A stretch of DNA of 64,000 bases from an uncultured Bacteroidota bacterium (GTDB taxonomy: Bacteria; Bacteroidota; Bacteroidia; Bacteroidales; WCHB1-69), in assembly GCA_902786595.1 (NCBI GenBank), contig CADADB010000003.1, forward strand, positions 85,206 through 149,205, read 5' to 3'. A program made the translations under genes and the position numbers. The notes under the pieces are model-generated. The model searched no databases, was not told the origin of the DNA, and worked only from the letters and a program-made list of their open reading frames with translations. This document shows, piece after piece, positions 45,216 through 55,553 of the stretch. The stretch's first letter is position 1, and the number at the start of each line of letters is the position of its first letter.

Positions 45216-45309
45216 TAGGGACGCGAAAGATTGGCCGAAAGGCCATCCTTGGAAATAAATGTTTTTTTTAATAATAAGAAAAAAGGGAACCTTTCCAGAT
45301 TCCCCAAAA

Positions 45310-45357
45310 GTCTTACGTCTCACGTCTTAAGTCTTAAATCTTAAATTTCAAGTCTAA
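45310..45357. repeat. heptamer tandem repeat (gtcttac/gtctcac/gtcttaa...)
   Basis: Read directly. Confidence 0.8.
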
Positions 45358-46605
45358 TTACCGTCGCAGCACCTTCAGTGTCTCGACACCCTTGTCCGTG
45401 CGAATCTGGCAGAGGTACAAACCAGCGGACAAGACTGAAAGATCCAACTCCGAATGGTAGATGCCGGCAGACTGGATTCCGTTGTCATAGTGTAGCAACG
45501 TGCGGCCACTCAAGTCGAGCACGGAAATGCCGACGGGTGAGTTCTGCTCCAACAGGAACTGTACCGTGACCTTCCCGCAAGTAGGATTCGGATAGACGTG
45601 TGTTGTGGTGACGGTGGGAGGTTCCTCTGGAATAATCCAGGAGACGGAACCTGCGTAGGTGGCAAGCATCGCCATATTGTACCGGGCAACTTCGGCGAGA
45701 TAGGCGTAATTACAGGAGTCGGTTACATCGTAGGCCGTGTGATATGTAGAAGGATAGGTATATTCACTGGCGTAAGTTGCACGAAAACCATACTCGTAGT
45801 AAGAGTAGCTGTCGCTTCTTGTTGCTCTCAGCATATTTTCGGAGTCGGGTAAGGTAACGGGAAGTAGGTCAGTGTATTGTTCGCAAATGGAAGAGGCGCG
45901 CATTAACACATCCACGGCATTGTCGTACCAGCGAAGCAGAAGTCGCCAATCGCCATCGGGCGGGTTGCTCACCATGTCGTTGTTCATCATCAGAGCGATT
46001 TTGTCGCCCGCCTTGCTGCGTTTATAAGCGTCAGCTTCGCTTCCCCATAGACCGAATTCTTCCGCATCATAAGCCATGAAATGGATGTTGCGGCTGAATT
46101 GGATTTTGTTTGCGTGACAGATGCGTGCCAATTCAAGCATCACGGCCACACCGGAAGCATTATCATCAGCCCCAGGTACTTGAGCGGTTACATAATAATT
46201 GTTGCTGTTAAATGCGATGGCATCCATGTGGGCACCCACAAGTACGATTGAGTCATCAATGGGATTGTCTGCAGGCAAAACGCCTTTGACATTGTAGAAC
46301 CATTGGTCAATCCATAATCCGTATGCTACGGTATTACCCACAGCAAACGAGTCAAGTTCCGTTGTGACACCATATCTCTCCAAACGTTGGATAATATAAT
46401 CAGCAACATCCCGATTGCCGTCAGGATTGTTTTCATTTTGTACCGCCAAACGGCTGCCGAAGTTCTGCAGATCCTGCACCGTCGCATATACGCTGTCGGC
46501 GCTGATTTGGTTCAGAATCTCACTCAAGTCAGTTTGGTTCTGTGCCCGCAGTGCGCCGGATATTGAGGCACAGACGATTATCAACAGGAGGGCGGTCTTT
46601 TTCAT
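45358..46605 (-). CDS. M28-family aminopeptidase with T9SS C-terminal sorting domain
   Basis: Signal peptide MKKTALLLIIVCASISGALRAQ. HFMAYDAEEFGLWGS. C-terminal VYPNPT...GLYLCQIRTDKGVETLKVLRR. Confidence 0.8.
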   Translation of the reverse strand: MKKTALLLIIVCASISGALRAQNQTDLSEILNQISADSVYATVQDLQNFGSRLAVQNENNPDGNRDVADYIIQRLERYGVTTELDSFAVGNTVAYGLWIDQWFYNVKGVLPADNPIDDSIVLVGAHMDAIAFNSNNYYVTAQVPGADDNASGVAVMLELARICHANKIQFSRNIHFMAYDAEEFGLWGSEADAYKRSKAGDKIALMMNNDMVSNPPDGDWRLLLRWYDNAVDVLMRASSICEQYTDLLPVTLPDSENMLRATRSDSYSYYEYGFRATYASEYTYPSTYHTAYDVTDSCNYAYLAEVARYNMAMLATYAGSVSWIIPEEPPTVTTTHVYPNPTCGKVTVQFLLEQNSPVGISVLDLSGRTLLHYDNGIQSAGIYHSELDLSVLSAGLYLCQIRTDKGVETLKVLRR

Positions 46606-46655
46606 TTTGCGTTTGATTTTTATGCCGCGAAGATACATTTTTTTGTTTAGTGCGA

Positions 46656-46731
46656 AGAAGCGATGAGACGATGAGACGATGAAGCGATGATTATCATCTC
46701 ATCGTTTCATCGTTTTTCATCGCTTCATCGT
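46656..46731. repeat. octamer repeats arranged as an inverted repeat (gatgagac... / ...tcatcgtt)
   Basis: Read directly. The two halves are reverse complements. Confidence 0.8.
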
Positions 46732-46777
46732 GAAATAACAAAAAAAAGCGAAGATTCCTCTTCGCCCTTACTATTGT

Positions 46778-46805
46778 TAATTTGCTAATTGCTAACTACT
46801 AACTG

Positions 46806-46812
<7 letters not shown>
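46778..46812. repeat. heptamer repeat (ttgctaa/ctactaa/ctgctaa)
   Basis: Read directly. Confidence 0.7.
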
Positions 46813-47726
<914 letters not shown>

Positions 47727-47749
47727 ACGGTTTGCGGTTTACGGTTTAC
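47727..47749. repeat. heptamer repeat (cggtttg/cggttta)
   Basis: Same unit as 43531..43593. Confidence 0.75.
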
Positions 47750-47805
47750 TGGCCCCACACAAGCGCAGCGCAGTGTGGGGTTATTAGCGCTTCGCGCGTC
47801 TTGCC

Positions 47806-47937
47806 CCTTACCCCCTTGCCCTGCGGGCATCCCCCCTAAAGGGATTTACCCCCCTGCCCTGCGGGCATCCCCCCTAAAGGGATTTACCCCCCTGCCCTTC
47901 GGGCATCCCCCCTAAAGGGGGGAATGGTCCTTCGATC
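47806..47937 (-). repeat. three tandem REP-like double-hairpin elements (inverted orientation)
   Basis: The unit cccctgccctgcgggcatcccccctaaaggg occurs three times. The last copy ends ggggggaatggtccttcgatcg. Confidence 0.85.
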
Positions 47938-47943
47938 GAATTT

Positions 47944-47994
47944 ATAATTCTTAATTCTTAATTCTTAATTCTTAATTATTCTACATTCTACATT
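47944..47994. repeat. heptamer repeat (attctta x4, attctac x2)
   Basis: Read directly. Confidence 0.85.
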
Positions 47995-49381
47995 ATTTGA
48001 AGAGGAACCGTCGGAAGTCCAGCCCTAACGCATAGACCATCAGGGCGATGAGGAGGACGAAACCGATGGTGTTGGCGACGCTGAGGAACTTGTCGGAGGG
48101 CTTCTTGCCGGTGATCATCTCCACGAGGATGAAGAGGATGTAGCCGCCGTCGAGACCCGGAATCGGGATGATATTCATGAAAGCGAGGATGATGCCTAAA
48201 AGGGCGGTCATGCTCCAGAAACGGTACCAGTCCCACACTTTCGGGAAGATGCTGCCAATGGTCAGGAAGCTGCCCAACTGCGTGGCGCCCTCCTTCGTGA
48301 ACACAATCTTGAATTGCTTGACGTAGTTGCCCAACGTGCTGAATCCCTGGGAGATGCCGGTCGGGATGGACTGCCAGAAGCTGTAATCGACATGCACCAC
48401 GTCGAAGAAGTCGGCGGGCTGACGGTAGGCCACGCCCATGTTGCCGACAGAGTCGAGGGTGAGCATCGTGTGGCAGAGACTGTCGCCTCGCATGTAGTCG
48501 ATTTGCAACTCGTTGTTCTTGTTTTCGTTGAACACCTTTTTGAAGTCGAAGAAGCAGAACATCGCGGAGTCGTTGATGCCTACGAGCGAGTCGCCCTTCA
48601 GCAATCCGGCCTTTTCCGCCGGTGTGCCTGCCAACACGCTGTCGATGACGAACGGGATGCGGTAATTGCAGAAGAGGGAAGAGCTGCCCGCGCCAACTAC
48701 CTTTCTGGGCAGGTCTTTCGGGATGTTGATGACCACTTCCTCTCCGTCACGCTCCACCGTCACGGTCTTCACGTTGTCGAGAAGCACGGTGTTGGCGAAG
48801 TCGCCGAGAGTCTTCGGATGTGCGGTGTCAACCATCAGGATATTGTCGCCGTTCTGAAAGCCGGCATCCTGCATCTCTTGAGAGAACTCGAGTCCGTATT
48901 TGGCGTTTTCGAGCGGGATGTAGTCGTTGCCCCACGTGAAGCACATCAATATATATATAATGATGGCTGTTAGGAAATTAACCAAAACACCGCCGATGAT
49001 GATGAAGAAACGTTGCCAGGCGGGTTTCGCACGGAACTCCCACGGGTGCACTTCGCTACTTAGGTCGCTGGCTTTCGTGGTCTCATCCACCATGCCGTTG
49101 ATGGAACAGTAGCCGCCCAGTGGAAGCCATCCGAGCCCCCATTCGGTGGATTCGGGGTGGTTGGCCCACTCTTCAGGCGCCTTGCCGGAGAAGAAACTGA
49201 AGTGCATCTTCCCGTTGAAACGCTTCATCCGGATCAGGGAAAGTCCCGGATTGAAGAAAACGTAAAACTGGTCCACGCGGGTCTTGAAGATTTTCGCGAA
49301 GGTGAAATGCCCGAGTTCGTGCGTGATGACTAAGAATGTCAAGCTGGCCAGAAGGCCAAGTATTTGCATTGATATACCCAT
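47993..49381 (-). CDS. rseP: RIP metalloprotease (site-2 protease)
   Basis: HELGHF zinc motif at the N-terminus, internal PDZ-like region, C-terminal membrane segments. Confidence 0.85.
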   Translation of the reverse strand: MGISMQILGLLASLTFLVITHELGHFTFAKIFKTRVDQFYVFFNPGLSLIRMKRFNGKMHFSFFSGKAPEEWANHPESTEWGLGWLPLGGYCSINGMVDETTKASDLSSEVHPWEFRAKPAWQRFFIIIGGVLVNFLTAIIIYILMCFTWGNDYIPLENAKYGLEFSQEMQDAGFQNGDNILMVDTAHPKTLGDFANTVLLDNVKTVTVERDGEEVVINIPKDLPRKVVGAGSSSLFCNYRIPFVIDSVLAGTPAEKAGLLKGDSLVGINDSAMFCFFDFKKVFNENKNNELQIDYMRGDSLCHTMLTLDSVGNMGVAYRQPADFFDVVHVDYSFWQSIPTGISQGFSTLGNYVKQFKIVFTKEGATQLGSFLTIGSIFPKVWDWYRFWSMTALLGIILAFMNIIPIPGLDGGYILFILVEMITGKKPSDKFLSVANTIGFVLLIALMVYALGLDFRRFLFK

Positions 49382-49390
49382 TTCTTGAAA

Positions 49391-49450
49391 GGTTATTGGT
49401 TAGTGGTTATTGGTTATTGAGGGTTAGAGTTTAGGAGTTATAGATTACAG
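49391..49450. repeat. heptamer repeat (ggttatt/ggttagt...)
   Basis: Read directly. Confidence 0.8.
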
Positions 49451-49474
49451 GATGGTGAGTTTATGGGGCGTAAT

Positions 49475-49499
49475 ACCCCCCTTTAGGGGGGCAGGGGGG
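49475..49499 (+). repeat. partial REP-like element (cccccctttaggggggcagggggg)
   Basis: Read directly. Confidence 0.6.
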
Positions 49500-49512
49500 T
49501 ATGCTTACGATT

Positions 49513-50376
49513 TTACAGATAGTTTCTTATGTCGTCTCTCATGCGGATGGCTTCGGCGCGGGCGCAGTCGGCGAAGTTTGCCGCTCCGTTGTCCTGCTTG
49601 CGGTAGGCGAGGAGGATGCCGCGGGAGGAGTTGACCACGCCGCCGTTGCCATTGCGGAGGTACTTGGCGATGTCTTCGGCTTTGCCGCCTTGGGCACCGT
49701 AGCCGGGGATGAGGAAGAAGGTGGTGTCGAGCATCTGACGGATTTCCGCCGCCTCGTCGGGATGGGTGCAGCCCATCACGCCGCCGATGGCGGAGTAGCC
49801 GCATTCGCCGATGAAGTCCTTGCCCAACTGTTGCAGCTTCTCGCCCACGACATGATAGACGCGCTTGCCGTTCTCCGTGGGCAGGTACTCGATGTCCTTT
49901 GCGCCCTCGTTAGATGTGCGGATGAGCACGAACACGCCTTTGCCGTTATCCTTGATATAAGGAAGATATGGTGACAAGCTGTCGAGGCCCATATACGGAC
50001 TAAGCGTGATGAAGTCGGCCTCGAACTCACCGGTGAAGTGCGCCTTGGCGTACATCTCGGCGGTTTTGGCGATGTCGCCGCGCTTGATGTCGGCGATGAT
50101 GACGGCCTTCTTTTCGCGCAGGTAGGCGAGGGTGCGGCAGTAGGCGCGCAGGCCGGCCATGCCGTATGCTTCGTAATAGGCGATCTGTACCTTGTAGCAG
50201 GCACTCACGTCCAATGTGCTGTCTATAATGGCCTTGTTGAAGGCGAACAGTCCGTCCTCAATGTTAGGGAATTGCTGTGCGAGATGTTCGGGCAGATAGC
50301 TGACATCGGTGTCCAACCCGACACACACGTGGCCTTTCTCTGCCACGCTGGCAAATAGTTTGTCGATATTTGACAT
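49513..50376 (-). CDS. pyrF: orotidine-5'-phosphate decarboxylase (type 2)
   Basis: VCVGLDTD...IIADIKRGDIAKT...287 aa. Confidence 0.85.
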   Translation of the reverse strand: MSNIDKLFASVAEKGHVCVGLDTDVSYLPEHLAQQFPNIEDGLFAFNKAIIDSTLDVSACYKVQIAYYEAYGMAGLRAYCRTLAYLREKKAVIIADIKRGDIAKTAEMYAKAHFTGEFEADFITLSPYMGLDSLSPYLPYIKDNGKGVFVLIRTSNEGAKDIEYLPTENGKRVYHVVGEKLQQLGKDFIGECGYSAIGGVMGCTHPDEAAEIRQMLDTTFFLIPGYGAQGGKAEDIAKYLRNGNGGVVNSSRGILLAYRKQDNGAANFADCARAEAIRMRDDIRNYL

Positions 50377-50400
50377 ATTAATCGTTAATCTATGTTTTAT

Positions 50401-50508
50401 ACTTTAGACTGAGGACTTTGGACTGAGGACTTTGGACTCTAGATTTGTATTATCCTTTACATCTCAAGTCTCAAGTCTCAAGTCTCAAATCTCAAGTCTT
50501 AAGTCCTA
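50401..50508. repeat. 14-nt (2x7) repeat ggactgaggacttt, followed by heptamers tctcaag x5
   Basis: Read directly. Confidence 0.85.
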
Positions 50509-51282
50509 ATTCTCCAGCACTCTCATCATAAATCCCGTGCCATGGATGTTGCAAATCTCCACGGTCGGTTGAAAGCCGTCTTTGTATTTCACTTTACGTT
50601 CGCCGTCCTTCTTGGGCAGGACTTTGTCTTCGTAATCGACAAGAATGTAACCGCGGAGTTTGGTCATGAACACGTCCATGCTGCGGCTCGTGGTATTGTC
50701 GTCTTCGCCCCACACTTCGCGGAGGATGATTTCGCGAGGCACGAGCTTGTTCTTATGGTCAAGCAACAGCTTCAGCAGTTCGCATTCCTTGCGTGTAAGC
50801 GTGCGGGTGATCTTCGGGTGGATCAGCTGCATCTCAGTGTAATTCAAAGAGAAATTGCCGAACTTGATGACTTCGTCCTCGTTCACGTATTCACGTGGCG
50901 CATTGTTCTGGCAGCGGCGCAGGATGGCCTGCATGCGCAGTCCCAGCTCCTCGATGCTGAAAGGCTTGGTGATGTAGTCGTCGCAACCCAGGTTGAACCC
51001 TTTGATGCGGGCTTCCTTTGAAGTGTAAGAGGAAAGAATGATAATGGGCACATTCTTGTCCAATTTACGCATGTTTTGCAAAAGCTTGTAACCATCATAG
51101 TTCTTAAGCGCAACATCGATGATGCAGATGTCATACAAGCCCTTGTTAAAAGATTTGTTGGCGTCGAGCCCCCCGTTGTAGTCCACCACATCATATCCCG
51201 ACATCTCCAGATAATCCTTTATCACATGCCGCAGATTGTCGCTGCTGTCCACTAACATTACTTTTTCTTTTTTTAATTTCAT
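50506..51282 (-). CDS. response regulator with winged-helix output domain (orphan)
   Basis: Receiver: CIIDVAL (Asp), ILSSYTS, KPF. C-terminal trans_reg_C-like domain: LTRKECELLKLLL...REVWG. Confidence 0.75.
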   Translation of the reverse strand: MKLKKEKVMLVDSSDNLRHVIKDYLEMSGYDVVDYNGGLDANKSFNKGLYDICIIDVALKNYDGYKLLQNMRKLDKNVPIIILSSYTSKEARIKGFNLGCDDYITKPFSIEELGLRMQAILRRCQNNAPREYVNEDEVIKFGNFSLNYTEMQLIHPKITRTLTRKECELLKLLLDHKNKLVPREIILREVWGEDDNTTSRSMDVFMTKLRGYILVDYEDKVLPKKDGERKVKYKDGFQPTVEICNIHGTGFMMRVLEN

Positions 51283-51642
51283 AACAAATGTATTTTATTG
51301 TTCTTAAAACTTAATTCTTAAACATCGTTCAACGGAGTGGTTGCCATTAGACTTTATCAATCAAGATAATACACTCCTTAAAAACAGCCGCAAAGATATA
51401 AAAAATATACCTTCGTTTCATCATTATTTTAAAAATACAGTAAATTTTTTTTCAGAGAAGGAAAAAACAATGTTACACACTTGTGTTGCGATAGTGTAAC
51501 TATTTGAAATATGGAGGTTTATGATTGTGTTAAGAGAGAAGGTCTGACTAAGAAAAAAATAATTATTTTTTATTCTGATCTGTTGTCATGGAATTTTAAT
51601 ACCTTTGCAAGCAAAACTGTAAAAATTATAACTTATTAAAAT

Positions 51643-53952
51643 ATGGTAAAATACTCTTCTGTTGAACGATCGTTTTTGCAGAATTCAAAAAGATTGTTTC
51701 CCACCAATGTGCCTTATGTCACGGTTGAAAATTTCCCTGCTTTAGGCCTTATGACCGCACTTCGCTTTCTCGAATGGGTGCATGATCATCCTTCCGGGGT
51801 GATCAGTCTTCCTACAGGGAAGACTCCTGAATATTTCATCACTTGGACGAAAAGAATATTGGCAGAGTGGGATTCTCCCGAAGGTCATGCTTTTCGCGAG
51901 CGGAACGGCTTGCTGATTCCGCAGAAACCTGATTTGTCGGGCCTGCATTTCGTCCAGATCGACGAGTTTTATCCGATTTCCCCTGCACAACACAACAGTT
52001 TTTACAATTATGTGCAGAAATACTATGTGGAAGGATTCGGTTTGGACGCTTCCAAAGGGCTTTTCATCAATTGTGACGAGATTCCTCTGGCAGAGGGAAA
52101 GCATTTCACCGAAGTCTTCCCTGATAATTCCGTGGATTTGTCGTTGCGCTACCGGGAGGCGAAGAGTGCCGTGGAACGGTTGCAGCAGCAATCCATTTTC
52201 ATGATTGACGACTGGTGCAGTGCATACGAGCAGAAAATCAACGACTTGGGTGGAATCGGTTTCTTCTTGGGCGGAATTGGTCCTGACGGTCACATCGCCT
52301 TCAATGTGCGAGGCAGCGATTTTCATTCGACCACGCGGCTCACGGCCACCAACTTCGAGACCGCGGCGGCAGCGGCGGGTGACCTGGGCGGCATTGAGGT
52401 GTCGCGCCACCGTCCCGTCATCACCATCGGTCTGCACACCATCACCAGCAATCCTGATGCCGTGGCCATCATTTTCGCAGCGGGCGAGGCAAAAGCGGAG
52501 ATGGTCAAATTGGCCTTGGAGGAGAGTCCCAGCAACCGCTATCCCGCTTCTGTGCTCGCCAAGATGCCCAATGCCCGTTTCTACTTGACCACAGGTGCTG
52601 CATCCATGCTGAAAGATTCTGTCTATCAGTATTATACGACTGGCGTATGGAATCAGGAAAAAAGCGATCGCGCCATTCTGGACTTATGTAAGAATATCAA
52701 CAAGTTCGGGGATAAATTGCAGCTTCAAGATCTGAAAGACGATGCTTTTTGCCAGCTGATTCCTGATTTGAGTATAGATTCCGTGCAAAAGAGCATTGAA
52801 TCCATACAATCGAAAATCGAGAAAGGCATGGAGGAGGTGCACGGCAAGGTGATTTACAACACCGCCCCGCATCACGACGATATTCTGTTGGGAATGCTGC
52901 CTTACATCAACCACATTTCCAATGATTTAAGTAATGATTTGCGTTTTTCCATCATGACTTCCGGGTTCAACGCCGTTACCAACCGCTTTCTTATCCAGCA
53001 TCTCACCAATACCCTGGATTTGCTGCGTGAAGGGAAGATACAGATGGTCAATTATGAAAATTTCTTCGCGGAGGGTTATAAAATCAAGCGCGAGAAGGAT
53101 GTTTACCATTCTTTGATCAAGATTGCCTCGCAGCAGAGACCAGAATTCCTCCGTGGTTTCGCCCATCGTTTGGTGCGCGACATCGTGGAAATCTGGCATG
53201 TGGATTCGGTGCAGTCTTTGGATGACAAGTTGGTGGAAATCATAGAGTTCACGCGCGGCTGTTACGATGGTCAGAAGATGCCGACGGACATTCAGAAGCT
53301 CAAGGGCATGATTCGGGAGTTCGAGGAGGAGCTTGTTTGGGGGCATTTCGGTTTTATGGAAGATCATGTGCACCATCTGAGGTTAGGATTCTACAAAGGC
53401 GACATTTTCACCGAGAATCCCGACCGCACCCGCGATGTTATGCCGATTTTGGAGGAATTGCGCGAGATACAGCCCGACATCATCACGTTGGCGTTTGATC
53501 CGGAAGGCAGCGGCCCGGACACTCATTATAAAGTGCTGCAGGCGATTGCGGAAGCGGTGCGGCAGTGGGGTAGGGAGCGCGACCTGTCCAACCTTAAGAT
53601 TTGGGGCTACCGGAATGTCTGGTACAAGTATCATCCTTCTGAGGTGACGCACATTGTTCCTGTCTCGCTCAACGACATCAGTGCCTTCAACGAATCTTTC
53701 TCCAACTGTTATCTCAGTCAGGTGGATGCCTCCTTCCCGAGTTACAAGCTTGACGGCAAGTTCAGCACTTTGGCGCGAAGTATTTGGGTGGAACAACTCA
53801 AAAACGTGCAGTTGTTGCTCGGAAAGCCCTATTTCTTCCAAAACGAGAACCCGGTGTTGCGTTCCACCCACGGTTTGGTCTTCCTCAAGGAGATGACCGT
53901 CGGGGAATTCCTTGCGCAGGCGCGGGAACTTGAGAAGTCAATGGGAGATTAA
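51643..53952 (+). CDS. nagB: long-form glucosamine-6-phosphate deaminase-like protein fused to a LmbE/PIG-L-like domain
   Basis: ISLPTGKTPEYF, VQIDEFYPI and GIGPDGHIAFN form the NagB core. APHHDDILLG is a PIG-L-like motif in the C-terminal half. Confidence 0.7.
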   Translation: MVKYSSVERSFLQNSKRLFPTNVPYVTVENFPALGLMTALRFLEWVHDHPSGVISLPTGKTPEYFITWTKRILAEWDSPEGHAFRERNGLLIPQKPDLSGLHFVQIDEFYPISPAQHNSFYNYVQKYYVEGFGLDASKGLFINCDEIPLAEGKHFTEVFPDNSVDLSLRYREAKSAVERLQQQSIFMIDDWCSAYEQKINDLGGIGFFLGGIGPDGHIAFNVRGSDFHSTTRLTATNFETAAAAAGDLGGIEVSRHRPVITIGLHTITSNPDAVAIIFAAGEAKAEMVKLALEESPSNRYPASVLAKMPNARFYLTTGAASMLKDSVYQYYTTGVWNQEKSDRAILDLCKNINKFGDKLQLQDLKDDAFCQLIPDLSIDSVQKSIESIQSKIEKGMEEVHGKVIYNTAPHHDDILLGMLPYINHISNDLSNDLRFSIMTSGFNAVTNRFLIQHLTNTLDLLREGKIQMVNYENFFAEGYKIKREKDVYHSLIKIASQQRPEFLRGFAHRLVRDIVEIWHVDSVQSLDDKLVEIIEFTRGCYDGQKMPTDIQKLKGMIREFEEELVWGHFGFMEDHVHHLRLGFYKGDIFTENPDRTRDVMPILEELREIQPDIITLAFDPEGSGPDTHYKVLQAIAEAVRQWGRERDLSNLKIWGYRNVWYKYHPSEVTHIVPVSLNDISAFNESFSNCYLSQVDASFPSYKLDGKFSTLARSIWVEQLKNVQLLLGKPYFFQNENPVLRSTHGLVFLKEMTVGEFLAQARELEKSMGD

Positions 53953-54097
53953 CTGTTGGCTGTTGGCCAATAAAAGTCCAAGTCTTGTGATAAAGTCAAA
54001 AAAAAAAATAATTTCCGTGTGCCATATCATATAAATTTTATACTTTTGCACCCGAATTTCCAAATTAAAAAAACACCAAATTAAATTAAAAAACAGT

Positions 54098-55441
54098 ATG
54101 GATCTTCAAAAATTAATCAAACAAACTGAAGAAAAGAATCCTGGCCAACCTTTGTACAATCAGGCCGTTAGAGAAGTCCTCGAAACCATTTGCGACTTCG
54201 TGAACGAACACCCTAAATACGATCAATACAAGATCGTTGAGCGTTTGTTGGAACCCGAAAGAATCGTCAAATTCAAAGTCACTTGGGTTGACGACAAGGG
54301 CGAAATCCAAGTCAACAGAGGATACCGTGTTCAACACAACATGGCTATCGGACCTTACAAGGGCGGTTTGCGTTTCCACCCGACCGTGACGGAAGACACC
54401 ATGAAGTTCCTTGCTTTCGAGCAGACTTTCAAAAACTCCCTGACCACTCTGCCTATGGGCGGCGGTAAGGGCGGTTCCGATTTCGATCCTAAGGGTAAAT
54501 CCGAGGGTGAGGTGATGCGTTTCTGCCAGTCTTTCATGACTGAACTGCAGAAATACATCGGACCTGACACCGACGTTCCCGCTGGTGACATCGGCGTTGG
54601 TGGCCGTGAGATCGGCTTCATGTATGGCCAATACAAGAGACTCCGTGGCGAACACGTCGGCGTGCTCACCGGCAAGGGTCTTGAGTGGGGCGGCTCTCTG
54701 ATCCGTCCTGAGGCAACCGGTTACGGTGCTGTCTATTTCCTGGAAGGCATGTTGGACGCTAAGAAAGACACCTTGAAGGGCAAACGTTGCATCATCTCCG
54801 GTTTCGGTAACGTGGCTTGGGGTACTGCTCTCAAACTCGCTGAGCTGGGTGCTAACCTGGTCGCTATCTCCGGTCCTGATGGCTACATCCTCGATGAGGA
54901 AGGCATCAGCACTCCTGAGAAGATCGAATACATGAACGAGCTGAACGCTACCCGTAACAACGTGGTCGCCCCGTTCGCAGAGAAATTCGCTTCCGCGAAG
55001 TTCTTCCCGGGCAAGAAAGTTTGGGAAGTTCCTTGCGAAATCGCTATGACCTGCGCTATCCAGAACGAGCTCAACGGCGACGACGCCAAGAAGCTGATCG
55101 CCAACAACGTGAAATACGTTGTCGAGGTCTCCAACATGGGTTGCACGGCTGACGCTGTTGCTGAACTGCAAAAAGCCGGTATCTCCTTCGCTCCTGGTAA
55201 AGCTGCCAACGCTGGTGGTGTGGCTACCTCTGGTCTCGAAATGACCCAGAACGCCGCTCACCTGGGCTGGACCGCTGCTGAAGTCGATGCAAAACTGCAC
55301 GGCATCATGAACAGCATTCACCAGAACTGCGTGAAGTACGGTACTGAGGCCAACGGCTACATCAACTATGTGAAGGGCGCTAACATCGCCGGCTTCATCA
55401 AAGTTGCTGACGCCATGATTGCTCAAGGCATCGCTTACTAA
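54098..55441 (+). CDS. gdhA: NAD(P)-specific glutamate dehydrogenase
   Basis: KGGLRFHP, LPMGGGKGGSDFDPKGKS, SGFGNVAWG. Confidence 0.95.
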   Translation: MDLQKLIKQTEEKNPGQPLYNQAVREVLETICDFVNEHPKYDQYKIVERLLEPERIVKFKVTWVDDKGEIQVNRGYRVQHNMAIGPYKGGLRFHPTVTEDTMKFLAFEQTFKNSLTTLPMGGGKGGSDFDPKGKSEGEVMRFCQSFMTELQKYIGPDTDVPAGDIGVGGREIGFMYGQYKRLRGEHVGVLTGKGLEWGGSLIRPEATGYGAVYFLEGMLDAKKDTLKGKRCIISGFGNVAWGTALKLAELGANLVAISGPDGYILDEEGISTPEKIEYMNELNATRNNVVAPFAEKFASAKFFPGKKVWEVPCEIAMTCAIQNELNGDDAKKLIANNVKYVVEVSNMGCTADAVAELQKAGISFAPGKAANAGGVATSGLEMTQNAAHLGWTAAEVDAKLHGIMNSIHQNCVKYGTEANGYINYVKGANIAGFIKVADAMIAQGIAY

Positions 55442-55468
55442 TCTTCAGTTTGCGAAACTGATTAAAGG

Positions 55469-55502
55469 GAAGGCCTCCTCTTATGGAGGCCTTCTTTTTT
55501 TA
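55469..55502 (+). terminator. intrinsic terminator
   Basis: Stem gaaggcctcc / ggaggccttc followed by a T-run. Confidence 0.8.
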
Positions 55503-55553
55503 TGGAAGGTTACAGTTTTTTTTGTACTTTTGCCGCCAATTTAATTTTGGAAA

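Noticed and set aside
54113-55426. 437-aa ORF antisense to gdhA
   Set aside because: It fully overlaps a gene with unmistakable glutamate dehydrogenase motifs. Its translation is low-complexity and rich in V, D and S. It is a typical shadow ORF of a GC-biased gene.
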